The position numbers were made by a program, and so were the translations under genes. DNA of 64,000 nt, from the UHGV virus genome UHGV-1366990. One strand, written 5' to 3'. The notes under the pieces were generated by a model. That model was not told the DNA's origin and ran no database searches. It saw only the letters and a list, made by a program, of their open reading frames with translations. The DNA comes from a virus. Below, piece after piece: positions 10,593 to 18,813 of this stretch. How positions within the stretch are numbered: position 1 is the stretch's first letter; each line of letters starts with the position of its first letter.

Positions 10593-12783
10593 TGTAGAAT
10601 ACGCCCCACTCAAGACGGGGTTTAAGACAGAAGACGTCAGACTGCGTATGGACCAAACGTTCATGCGCAAGCCGTCTGTGCGCGCTCCTCGTGTGGAGTT
10701 GATGCTAACAGATGAGCAGGAATCGGAGTTCGTCGAGTGCGCGATGGACGCCCATTACTTCGCCGCCAACTACTACAAGATCACGACCATCGATAAAGGC
10801 TTCATCCTCTTTGACATGCACGATTACCAGAAGCAGTTGTTCCATGACTTCCAGGACTATCGATTCAATGCGGTCGTCCAGGCTCGTCAGTCTGGGAAAT
10901 GTGTAAAAGGTGACACGCTTGTCACAGTTTACGATACTCTCAGCCAAGAGCAGTTGCTCCTGACCATAGGGGAGCTTCACAGCCGCTTCGAGGACGTCAA
11001 TCACGCTGTGCCGCTGAATACCATTGGCAACCATGACAAGTTCGTGGACAGCCGCTTCGGCAAACGTTACTTTGTGCAATCCGATAGTGGCTGGGTTCCG
11101 GTTATCGCAGCGCATAAGACGAAGAAATATGCGGAATTCGTTATTGTGACTGTTACTGGGCGGCGAATTAACGTGGCCGACGAACATATATTCTTCACTC
11201 CGGAAATGAAGGAGATATTTGCCAAAGACCTGAATGCTGGGTCATACATCATGACGTCAGAAGGTCCAGAAGAAATCCGTGAGGTTTGGCAGACTGGTGA
11301 GACGCATCACATGTATGACCTACAGGTGAAATCTAGTGATCAGCGCTACTACACCAACGGCTTCCTCAGCCACAACACGACAGTCGTGGCAGCGTTCCTG
11401 CTCTGGTATGCGATGTTCCACTCCGACAAAGAGATCGCAGTACTGGCGAACAAAGAGAAGCAGGCGATTGAAATCCTAGATCGTATTCGCAAAGCATATC
11501 AAGATTTGCCATTCTTCCTCCAACAGGGTTGTGAGAAGTTCGGTTCCACGCTGATAGAGTTCGAAAACGGATCAAAGATCTACGCCTATGCGACATCTTC
11601 CGACTCCATCCGTGGTCGATCTGTATCGCTCCTGTATGTGGACGAAGTGGCGTTCATTGAAAACGACTTTGAATTCTGGGAGTCTACATTCCCGGCGATT
11701 GCATCTGCAGAGACTTCACGTTGTATTCTGACCAGTACGCCGAAAGGTCAGCGCGGGTTGTTCTACGACATCGTCACCAAGGCGAACCCAGAACACCCAC
11801 AATACAACGACTTCAAACTCACCGAGGTCCCATGGTATCGTGTTCCAACGTACACCAAAGATCCAGACTGGGAATCCAAACAGAGGGCGAAGCTGGGTGA
11901 TGCACGTTTCGATCAAGAATTTGGCATTAAGTTCCGTGGTTCTGTGGGATCACTGATACCTGCCAAGTGTCTGGACAAGATGACCTCGAAGCTGTATCAG
12001 GAGCCGAACGAGTTCACCAAGATTTATCACGACTACGATCCCAAACGCATCTATATGGGTATCGCAGATACAGGCAAGGGTGTCGAAGGGGATTATTCTG
12101 TACTGACCATTATCGACATCACAGACTATCCTCACAAGATCGCAGCCAAGTATCGAAATAACACGATACCTCCAATGATGTACGCGTACACAATCGCCGA
12201 TATGGGCGAGAAGTATGGAACGTGCCCGATGCTAGTCGAGACTAACAACGACGTGGGTGGTCAGGTAATCACAATTCTATACCAGGAAATTGAATATCCA
12301 GAGATCATCTTCACTACAACAGATACCAAGGGTACAGGCAAAAGAATCGGTGGTCGCCGCCCTGAGCCTGGTATCAATACCAACAAGAAGGTGCGCACAA
12401 ACGGCTGTGCCAACCTGAAAGCCCTGATTGAACGTGAAATGCTGGTGATAGATGACCAGGACACGATAGATGAACTCAGTACATTCGTATGGACTGGAAC
12501 AAGGTATGAAGCCGATGATGGTTGTCATGATGACTGTGTAATGCCCCTCGTGTTGTATGCATGGGCGGTGAAACAAGAATGGTTTAGTGATCTCACCAAT
12601 TCAAATATCTCTGTGGACATGAGAGGACGGTTGTCTGCGATGGAAGAATCTCAGATGCTACCATTTGGGGGTATGATGTCGACGCCAGATCCTCACTCTG
12701 TGGAGAACATCCCAGGGTTCGGTGGAATTCAGGTTTATGATGAACGCTCTGGTGTGTCTATGGAAGAATGGCTGAGACGGTGA
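10573..12783 (+). CDS. terL: terminase large subunit (T4 gp17-like), intein-containing
   Basis: Exteins QARQSGK + TTVVAAFLLWYAMF...ILTSTPKGQRGLFYDIV align to T4 gp17 P-loop and downstream motifs; ATG at 10573 (ORF track starts at GTG 10564). Confidence 0.9.
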   Translation: MAYQKRDVEYAPLKTGFKTEDVRLRMDQTFMRKPSVRAPRVELMLTDEQESEFVECAMDAHYFAANYYKITTIDKGFILFDMHDYQKQLFHDFQDYRFNAVVQARQSGKCVKGDTLVTVYDTLSQEQLLLTIGELHSRFEDVNHAVPLNTIGNHDKFVDSRFGKRYFVQSDSGWVPVIAAHKTKKYAEFVIVTVTGRRINVADEHIFFTPEMKEIFAKDLNAGSYIMTSEGPEEIREVWQTGETHHMYDLQVKSSDQRYYTNGFLSHNTTVVAAFLLWYAMFHSDKEIAVLANKEKQAIEILDRIRKAYQDLPFFLQQGCEKFGSTLIEFENGSKIYAYATSSDSIRGRSVSLLYVDEVAFIENDFEFWESTFPAIASAETSRCILTSTPKGQRGLFYDIVTKANPEHPQYNDFKLTEVPWYRVPTYTKDPDWESKQRAKLGDARFDQEFGIKFRGSVGSLIPAKCLDKMTSKLYQEPNEFTKIYHDYDPKRIYMGIADTGKGVEGDYSVLTIIDITDYPHKIAAKYRNNTIPPMMYAYTIADMGEKYGTCPMLVETNNDVGGQVITILYQEIEYPEIIFTTTDTKGTGKRIGGRRPEPGINTNKKVRTNGCANLKALIEREMLVIDDQDTIDELSTFVWTGTRYEADDGCHDDCVMPLVLYAWAVKQEWFSDLTNSNISVDMRGRLSAMEESQMLPFGGMMSTPDPHSVENIPGFGGIQVYDERSGVSMEEWLRR
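10900..11376 (+). mobile_element. mini-intein (159 aa) inserted in TerL Walker A
   Basis: Begins with Cys (CVKGDTLV), ends ...FLSHN followed by Thr +1; removal restores a contiguous GK-T P-loop; too short for an endonuclease domain. Confidence 0.75.
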
Positions 12784-12795
12784 TCACTAAATATC
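12784..12795 (+). promoter_or_regulatory. late-promoter-like motif CACTAAATAT
   Basis: Preceded by palindrome GTGATCAC; 40 nt upstream of the sheath ATG. Confidence 0.45.
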
Positions 12796-12835
12796 TTTCA
12801 AATTGAGCGAAACTCTACAGAGAAGGAATAAGATT

Positions 12836-14731
12836 ATGGCAACTCAAAGCTTCAGCGTTGCGCCGTCCGTACAGTGGACTGAGCGTGATGCCACGCTTCA
12901 GACGTCTCCATCCGTTGTTGTTCAGGGTGCGACTGTCGGCAAATTCCAATGGGGTGAAGCAGAACTCCCTGTGTTGGTCACTGGTGGCGAAACTGGTCTG
13001 GTGAAGAAATTCTTCAAGCCAAACGATGCAACTGCCACCGACTTCTTGGTGATTGCTGACTTCCTGTCTTACAGCTCTGTTGCATGGGTGACCCGTGTGG
13101 TCGGTCCGGCGGCACGCAACGCTGTAACCAAAGGTCAGACTGCAATCCTTATCCGCAACAAACTAGACTTCGAAACTGCGTCCCCATCTGCGTCTATTAC
13201 TTGGACAGGCCGCTATGCTGGCTCTCTGGGTAACGACATTGCTGTGAACATCTGTGATGCTGCGCTGTTCCCGACCTGGGAATTTCGTAACAACTTCGCA
13301 TATGCTCCGCAGGCTGGCGAGTACCACATCGCCATCGTTGACAAAGTAGGTCGTATTACCGACTCTTCTGGCGCTGTTAGTCAGGTTGACCGTATCTCTG
13401 TATCCGGTACTGCCACCGCTGCTGGTTCCATCTCTGTTGCTGGTGAAGCCGTGGCGTACACTGACGCTGACACCCCGGCGACTCTGGCGACAAAGATCGG
13501 AACCGCGCTGACGTCTCTGTCTGACGTGTATTCTTCTGTTGTCGTGAAGTCCAACACCGTCACCGTCACCCACAAAGCAATCGGTCCTCAGGCTGCGACT
13601 GCGATTGTTCCAGACGCGAATGGTCTGACTGCTACCGCTGCCGTCACCACTGTTGGTGCTTCCGGTACGATCATCGAGAAGTATGAACTGGTGCAGACCG
13701 CTCAGGGTTCTAAGAAATCTGATGGATCCAATGCGTACTTCAAAGACGTGATCAACGGCACCTCAAATTGGGTGTACACCTTCGCCACTACCCTGGCTGC
13801 TGGTGTCATTGAACTCGAAGGTGGTGTAGACGATTACACTGGGAACCGTGTTGCGGCTATCCAGGCACTGAACAACGCCGAAGCGTATGATGCCAAGCCA
13901 GTGTTCGGTTTCTGTGAAGAACTGATTGAGCAGCAGGCACTGATCGACCTGTCCACCGAGCGTAAAGACACAGTGTCCTTTGTGTCTCCTCTTCGCGATA
14001 CGGTCGTCGGAAACCGTGGCCGTGAGATGGATGATGTTGTGGCCTGGCGTGAAAGCCTTGTTCGCGACTCCTCCTACTTCTTCATGGATGACAACTGGGC
14101 GTATGTGTACGACAAGTACAACGACAAAATGCGTTGGATTCCGGCTTGTGGCGGCACCGCAGGTGTTTGGGCGCGAAGCATTGAAATCGCGGGTATCTAC
14201 AAGTCTCCAGCGTTCCATAACCGTGGTAAATACAACAACTATAATCGAATGGCGTGGTCTGCGTCTTCTGATGAGCGTGCTGTGCTGTATCGCAACCAGA
14301 TCAACAGCATCGTCACCTTCTCCAACGAAGGCATCGTGTTGTACGGCGACAAGACTGGCCTGACCCGCCCATCGGCGTTCGACCGCATCAACGTTCGTGG
14401 TCTGTTCATTATGGCAGAGCAGAATATCGCAGCCATCGCCAAATACTACCTTGGTGAGAACAACGATGCATTCACTCGTGGGTTGTTCAGCAACGCTGTC
14501 CGCCCATATATCCGCCAGTTGGCCAACATGGGCGCGATCTATGACGGGATGGTGAAGTGTGACGAGGACAACAACACCGCTGATGTTATCGCTGCGAACC
14601 AGATGGTCGCGGGTATCTGGCTGAAACCAGAATACTCCATCAACTGGGTGTATCTGGACTTTGCTGCGGTACGTCCGGACATGGAGTTCAGCGAGATCGA
14701 AACTGGCGGTGGCATCGTAGCCGCTTCTTAA
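12836..14731 (+). CDS. tail sheath protein (T4 gp18-like)
   Basis: Shares GKFQWG, YDKYND, RW(I/V)P, FDRINVR and TRG motifs with recalled T4 gp18; ATG at 12836 with AGAAGGA Shine-Dalgarno. Confidence 0.9.
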   Translation: MATQSFSVAPSVQWTERDATLQTSPSVVVQGATVGKFQWGEAELPVLVTGGETGLVKKFFKPNDATATDFLVIADFLSYSSVAWVTRVVGPAARNAVTKGQTAILIRNKLDFETASPSASITWTGRYAGSLGNDIAVNICDAALFPTWEFRNNFAYAPQAGEYHIAIVDKVGRITDSSGAVSQVDRISVSGTATAAGSISVAGEAVAYTDADTPATLATKIGTALTSLSDVYSSVVVKSNTVTVTHKAIGPQAATAIVPDANGLTATAAVTTVGASGTIIEKYELVQTAQGSKKSDGSNAYFKDVINGTSNWVYTFATTLAAGVIELEGGVDDYTGNRVAAIQALNNAEAYDAKPVFGFCEELIEQQALIDLSTERKDTVSFVSPLRDTVVGNRGREMDDVVAWRESLVRDSSYFFMDDNWAYVYDKYNDKMRWIPACGGTAGVWARSIEIAGIYKSPAFHNRGKYNNYNRMAWSASSDERAVLYRNQINSIVTFSNEGIVLYGDKTGLTRPSAFDRINVRGLFIMAEQNIAAIAKYYLGENNDAFTRGLFSNAVRPYIRQLANMGAIYDGMVKCDEDNNTADVIAANQMVAGIWLKPEYSINWVYLDFAAVRPDMEFSEIETGGGIVAAS

Positions 14732-14739
14732 TTTACTCC

Positions 14740-14759
14740 ATGCCCTCTTCGGAGGGCAT
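14740..14759 (+). terminator. stem-loop ATGCCCTC-TTCG-GAGGGCAT
   Basis: Perfect 8-bp stem with TTCG loop right after the sheath stop; no strong U-tract. Confidence 0.4.
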
Positions 14760-14773
14760 ATTGAGGTATTGTT

Positions 14774-15076
14774 ATGAAAAGTTTTTCTCAATTTTTAGCA
14801 GAAGCAGGTCTAAAAGGTGACCTTCAGAAAGTTAAAGACTCCGTGATTGAATGGTTGGAAGACCAAGATGTAAGGCTCAAAAAGGGTGATATCGAAAATG
14901 GAGTATTTGGAGATTTCTTCCGCATAACCATTGATGATTTTGAATATACATATAATGGCAAAGAGATTAAAGTATTCGACCTGAAGAAAGATAAACAGGT
15001 TGTTAGCAAGGCTGCTGGAACTCGAGAAGCCCCAGGTGAACTCGGTAAATTGTTTAAGAAATACAGCAAAGTGTAA
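14774..15076 (+). CDS. hypothetical protein (100 aa)
   Basis: ATG with GAGGT Shine-Dalgarno; Lys/Asp-rich; inside the insertion island between sheath and tube. Confidence 0.5.
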   Translation: MKSFSQFLAEAGLKGDLQKVKDSVIEWLEDQDVRLKKGDIENGVFGDFFRITIDDFEYTYNGKEIKVFDLKKDKQVVSKAAGTREAPGELGKLFKKYSKV

Positions 15077-15081
15077 CAAGA

Positions 15082-15109
15082 CCCCGCTTCGGCGGGGTTT
15101 TAAATTTTT
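15082..15109 (+). terminator. rho-independent terminator CCCCGC-TTCG-GCGGGG + T-run
   Basis: GC stem with TTCG loop followed by TTTTAAATTTTT. Confidence 0.7.
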
Positions 15110-15131
15110 CCAGATTATTTTATTGAATTAC

Positions 15132-15159
15132 TTTACTTCTTCAATAACTCACGTATAAT
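15132..15159 (+). promoter_or_regulatory. sigma70-like early promoter (TTTACT-16 nt-TATAAT)
   Basis: -35 TTTACT at 15132-15137 and -10 TATAAT at 15154-15159; part of a repeated cassette. Confidence 0.5.
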
Positions 15160-15207
15160 TCTAAACATAAGCAGTACGACACCAACTTGAAACGAAGGAT
15201 CTATATC

Positions 15208-15564
15208 ATGACCAAGACCGAAATTAACGCTATCCTGAAAGAAATCGGCCTCTGTAACCTGAAACGCCGCATCAATCCTTACCAGCCTGCAAAGCCAGTA
15301 CGCGACAGCCAGGGAAAGATGATAAAAGGGATCTACTGTGCAGATGTTGGTCCAATGACGGTGACCAGTCCACACATTGACAGATTTAACGCTATTGTTG
15401 GGGAGTTTTGTGGTAAGGTTCTGGGTAAACTGTCTAATGATTTATGCTCCCCAGATACCAAAGTTGTAGCTTTCGGGAGCCACCTCGTCACCTTCCACCT
15501 CACCACCTTCCGTACCCACGGTGATTATCATGTGTATTATGCTCAGGTTAGCATTCGCAAATAG
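15208..15564 (+). CDS. hypothetical early protein (118 aa)
   Basis: ATG within the conserved AAGGAtCTATATCATG start region; ORF track frame. Confidence 0.55.
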   Translation: MTKTEINAILKEIGLCNLKRRINPYQPAKPVRDSQGKMIKGIYCADVGPMTVTSPHIDRFNAIVGEFCGKVLGKLSNDLCSPDTKVVAFGSHLVTFHLTTFRTHGDYHVYYAQVSIRK

Positions 15565-15570
15565 TAGTTT

Positions 15571-15598
15571 ACCCCGCTGAGGCGGGGTTTTAGTTTTC
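15571..15598. terminator. bidirectional terminator CCCCGC-TGAG-GCGGGG + T-run
   Basis: Between convergent genes 15208..15564 (+) and 15603..15878 (-). Confidence 0.65.
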
Positions 15599-15602
15599 CA
15601 GT

Positions 15603-15878
15603 TCATACCGGATAAGACCACACCCCCCCCCAGATACACCCCAACCCGGTTTCTATCGCCAGTATATCCTCTGTTTTACCTTCTACATTGTATCCAAGTT
15701 TAAGGAATTTCTCTTTCCTGAGTTTACTATCAACCCAAGATCGGCATTCAGTTTCGGTCGTCGGGTTGTTATCCAACAAACCCGGATTGCGTTTCATCGT
15801 CCCCAGCATGAATGATTTACATTCGTCACTACAATACAACGCAGCCTTCCTGGTTGGGTGAACGGTTTGTGACAGCAT
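15603..15878 (-). CDS. homing-endonuclease-derived small protein (nuclease core absent)
   Basis: N-terminal YCSDECKSF and C-terminal GYNVEGKTEDILAIETGLGCIW match the ends of the 490-aa endonuclease at 21901..23373 (FCSDACKTF / GYDVEGKTESQLATEAGLVRIW). Confidence 0.5.
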   Translation of the reverse strand: MLSQTVHPTRKAALYCSDECKSFMLGTMKRNPGLLDNNPTTETECRSWVDSKLRKEKFLKLGYNVEGKTEDILAIETGLGCIWGGVWSYPV

Positions 15879-15950
15879 GAACAATTTTTATCGGGGAATG
15901 GCATAATAAATATCCTCACTTTGGAGTATTTTAACCCCCATTTATTTCAA

Positions 15951-15960
15951 AACTAAATAT
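15951..15960 (+). promoter_or_regulatory. late-promoter-like motif AACTAAATAT
   Basis: 26 nt upstream of the tail tube ATG. Confidence 0.4.
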
Positions 15961-15985
15961 TTACACTATTCAGAGGAGAACGACC

Positions 15986-16519
15986 ATGGCTACAGTTAAT
16001 GAATTCAGAGCAGCTATGTCACGCGGGGGCGGCGTTCAGCGCCAACACCGTTGGCGTGTGACTGTTAACTTCCCTTCCTTCGTGGCTGGAAGCGATACTA
16101 TCCGTGATGTTTCGCTGTTGGCGGTGACCACAAATACCCCAACAGGCCAGCTCGGGGAAATACTCGTCCCATGGGGTGGTCGTGAACTTCCATTCCCAGG
16201 CGACCGTCGTTTCGAGGCTCTGCCTGTGACGTTCATCAACGTCGTGGACAACGCTCCGTACAACGCATTCGAAGTCTGGCAGCAGTATATCAACGGCAGC
16301 AACAACAACCGTGCGTCTGCTAACCCAGATGATTATTTCCGTGATGTAATCATGGAACTGCTGGATGCTAACGACAACGTCACCAAGACCTGGACCCTTC
16401 AGGGCACCTGGCCTCAGAACCTCGGTCAGCTGGAACTGGACATGTCTGCAATGGACTCTTATACTCAGTTCACTGTTGACCTGCGTTACTTCCAGGCCAT
16501 TTCAGACAAGTCTCTCTAA
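15986..16519 (+). CDS. tail tube protein (T4 gp19-like)
   Basis: C-terminus LQGTWPQNLGQLELDMS...QFTVDLRY resembles recalled T4 gp19 IKGLWPTNVGELQLDWD...TFEVTLALDY. Confidence 0.85.
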   Translation: MATVNEFRAAMSRGGGVQRQHRWRVTVNFPSFVAGSDTIRDVSLLAVTTNTPTGQLGEILVPWGGRELPFPGDRRFEALPVTFINVVDNAPYNAFEVWQQYINGSNNNRASANPDDYFRDVIMELLDANDNVTKTWTLQGTWPQNLGQLELDMSAMDSYTQFTVDLRYFQAISDKSL

Positions 16520-16543
16520 TGTCCTCAGTGCTGGGGGATCTTT

Positions 16544-16553
16544 ATTCCCCCTC
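16544..16553 (+). promoter_or_regulatory. late-promoter-like variant CACTAATTAC
   Basis: Preceded by hairpin GGGGGA-N7-TCCCCC; 33 nt upstream of the portal ATG. Confidence 0.35.
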
Positions 16554-16585
16554 ACTAATTACAAGAAAATGTTGAGGACTTAATC

Positions 16586-18280
16586 ATGGCATTCGGTAAT
16601 GGTGCATTCGGAAATGGGTTCTTCGGCTTGTTCGGCAGAGGCGGCAAAGTAGAAGCGCCGATTGATACCGACAAGATGGTCACGAACCAAGAAGAGAAGT
16701 TGCTTTCAAAAGCGACTGTTGTTGCGCTGGACGATTCTCAGGATGGTTCCATCATCCTCCAGGGCGGCGCGAACACATTCAATTTCGTTGGTGTTGAGAA
16801 TGAGTTGCTCAACGTCAAACAGCTGGTCGAAGAGTACCAGTCTATGGCTCAGCAGCCTGAGATTCGTAAGGCTGTGGATATCATTGTCAACGACATCGTC
16901 ACCTGTGAAGAGGAAGAGACTCCTGTAACCATCAACCTGGAAAAGGTGGATGGCGTCACAAACGAAGTCAAAGAGAAGATCACTGACGCATTCAAAGAGA
17001 TCATGCATCTCCTTGACTTTGACAACACGGCGTATCAGAAGATCCGCAAATGGTATATTGAAGGCCGTCAGGCATTCCACGTTGTGGTGGACCCGAAGAA
17101 CAAGAAAGCGGGTATCGCCAAACTCATCATGATGGACTCACGCTGTATCCGTCCTGTATACATCGTTCAAAAGGCGATGCGCGACGGTATCGAAGTCATC
17201 AATGACGTAAAACTTCAATACTACTACAACCCGAACTACAACCGCAACCAATTCACTGGCCAGTCCGGAACGTCTCAGAACTTCCAACCGTCACAGCAAG
17301 AGCTGGTGTTTGATGATGAGAGCATAGTGTATCTGGACAGTGGTGAAGAGCCTCTGGCGAATGGGGTTGTGCCAAGCCTGCTGAACCCAGCTATCCGTCC
17401 CCTGAACAACCTTGTTACAACTGAAGATGCAACGGTGATCTATGCGATCACACGTGCTCCTGAGAAGCGAGCGTTCTATCTCGACGTGGGTACGCTGGGT
17501 AAGAAGTCGGCCGAAGAATACATGCAAGCCATGATGGGCAAATTCAAGAACCGTCTGGCGTATGATCGCACCACTGGTAAGGTGGCTGGTAACACTCATT
17601 TGATGGGCATCGCTGAGGACTACTGGTTACCACGTCGCGAAGGGCAGAACGCAACCGAGATCTCCAACGTAGGCGGTGGCGATCAACTGGGTCAAATGGA
17701 TCATGTGGTATACTTCCGCGAGAAGCTCTACGAGGCTCTGATGATCCCTAAGAGCCGCCTGCAAGAGGAAGGTTCCATCAACATCGGTGGTTCCAATCTT
17801 GCTGAAATCACACAGGAAGAACTGCGCTTCAACAAGTTCTGTGCGAGCCTGCGCCGTCGTTATTCTTCTGGTATCTTCCTGGAACTTCTGCGCCGTCAAC
17901 TGATATTGAAAGGCATTACAGATCAGGCTGACTGGAATGAGAAGATCAAGCCGTTCGTCAAGTTCGAATTCACTTCTGACAGCTTCATCCGTGAACAACA
18001 AGAGAACGAAATCTTGTCACAGCGTATGGCGGCTCTCGGTCAGATCGAACCATATATCGGCACTCTCTTCTCTATCGATTTTGCTCAACGCAATTTGCTG
18101 CGTATGTCCGATGAAGACATCAAAGACCAGCAAGAGAAGATCGCGAAAGAGAAGAAAGAAGGCAAATACCCTGAAGTGCAGGCAGATGAGTCCGGCGGCT
18201 TCGGCAGCGGGGAAGTCAGTCCACTGAAATTCAGACCTAACGTCATCCCAGCGACTAACCCTCCTGGTGGTGAAGAATAA
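16586..18280 (+). CDS. portal protein (T4 gp20-like)
   Basis: 564 aa in the gp20 position between tube and prohead core genes; GAGGA Shine-Dalgarno. Confidence 0.8.
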   Translation: MAFGNGAFGNGFFGLFGRGGKVEAPIDTDKMVTNQEEKLLSKATVVALDDSQDGSIILQGGANTFNFVGVENELLNVKQLVEEYQSMAQQPEIRKAVDIIVNDIVTCEEEETPVTINLEKVDGVTNEVKEKITDAFKEIMHLLDFDNTAYQKIRKWYIEGRQAFHVVVDPKNKKAGIAKLIMMDSRCIRPVYIVQKAMRDGIEVINDVKLQYYYNPNYNRNQFTGQSGTSQNFQPSQQELVFDDESIVYLDSGEEPLANGVVPSLLNPAIRPLNNLVTTEDATVIYAITRAPEKRAFYLDVGTLGKKSAEEYMQAMMGKFKNRLAYDRTTGKVAGNTHLMGIAEDYWLPRREGQNATEISNVGGGDQLGQMDHVVYFREKLYEALMIPKSRLQEEGSINIGGSNLAEITQEELRFNKFCASLRRRYSSGIFLELLRRQLILKGITDQADWNEKIKPFVKFEFTSDSFIREQQENEILSQRMAALGQIEPYIGTLFSIDFAQRNLLRMSDEDIKDQQEKIAKEKKEGKYPEVQADESGGFGSGEVSPLKFRPNVIPATNPPGGEE

Positions 18281-18311
18281 TTCGACTAAGTATAGAAAAC
18301 ATTTAGAGGAT

Positions 18312-18488
18312 ATGAACATGGCTGCTATCGATCTGGTAAAAGCAATCATCGCTGGTGATACTGATGCCGCTGCTGCTGAATGCGAAATGGAGCTATCCGC
18401 TCGCGCCCAAGAACTGGTCCAGCAGGGTACTGAATATGTCTTGAACTCCCTGAGCCAAGACATGGGTCCTTTCGGCGACGACCAGTAA
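18312..18488 (+). CDS. small acidic prohead-core-like protein (gp67 position)
   Basis: ATG after AGAGGA; 58 aa acidic; synteny only. Confidence 0.35.
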   Translation: MNMAAIDLVKAIIAGDTDAAAAECEMELSARAQELVQQGTEYVLNSLSQDMGPFGDDQ

Positions 18489-18500
18489 GAGGAATGTATC

Positions 18501-18806
18501 ATGGAAATCGAAGAAGTTGCAACGTTCGCTGATTTCCTGGCTTCCCGCATGGATGAGCAGAAAGTCATTGACAAGGTGAACGCAAAAGGCAAACGCCGTC
18601 GCCGTCTGCAGTGTGCTCCTGGTTTCAAACTGTCTGCGGATGGTTCCCGTTGTGAGGTGATGGTCGCCAGTGAGCGCCGTACTCGCAAGCTGGGCAACCG
18701 CAAGGCGATCCGAGCCAAGAAACGCATGGGTATGGGATACCAACGCAAAATCGAGCGTCGTAAGAAAAAAGCAATGAAGTTCCGTCGTATGATGGGACTG
18801 AGTTAA
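18501..18806 (+). CDS. basic prohead-core-like protein (gp68 position)
   Basis: 101 aa, highly basic C-terminus; AGAGGAA Shine-Dalgarno; synteny. Confidence 0.45.
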   Translation: MEIEEVATFADFLASRMDEQKVIDKVNAKGKRRRRLQCAPGFKLSADGSRCEVMVASERRTRKLGNRKAIRAKKRMGMGYQRKIERRKKKAMKFRRMMGLS

Positions 18807-18813
18807 GGAGCGA

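Noticed and set aside
10564-12783. Large terminase looked like it might be a disrupted or fused gene because it is about 160 aa longer than T4 gp17
   Set aside because: The frame is intact and the extra segment has canonical intein termini exactly at the P-loop; interpreted as an intein, not a pseudogene or fusion.
13763-14791. 342-aa minus-strand ORF inside the tail sheath gene
   Set aside because: Antisense shadow of a strongly supported + gene; Arg/Val/His-rich composition and no Shine-Dalgarno.
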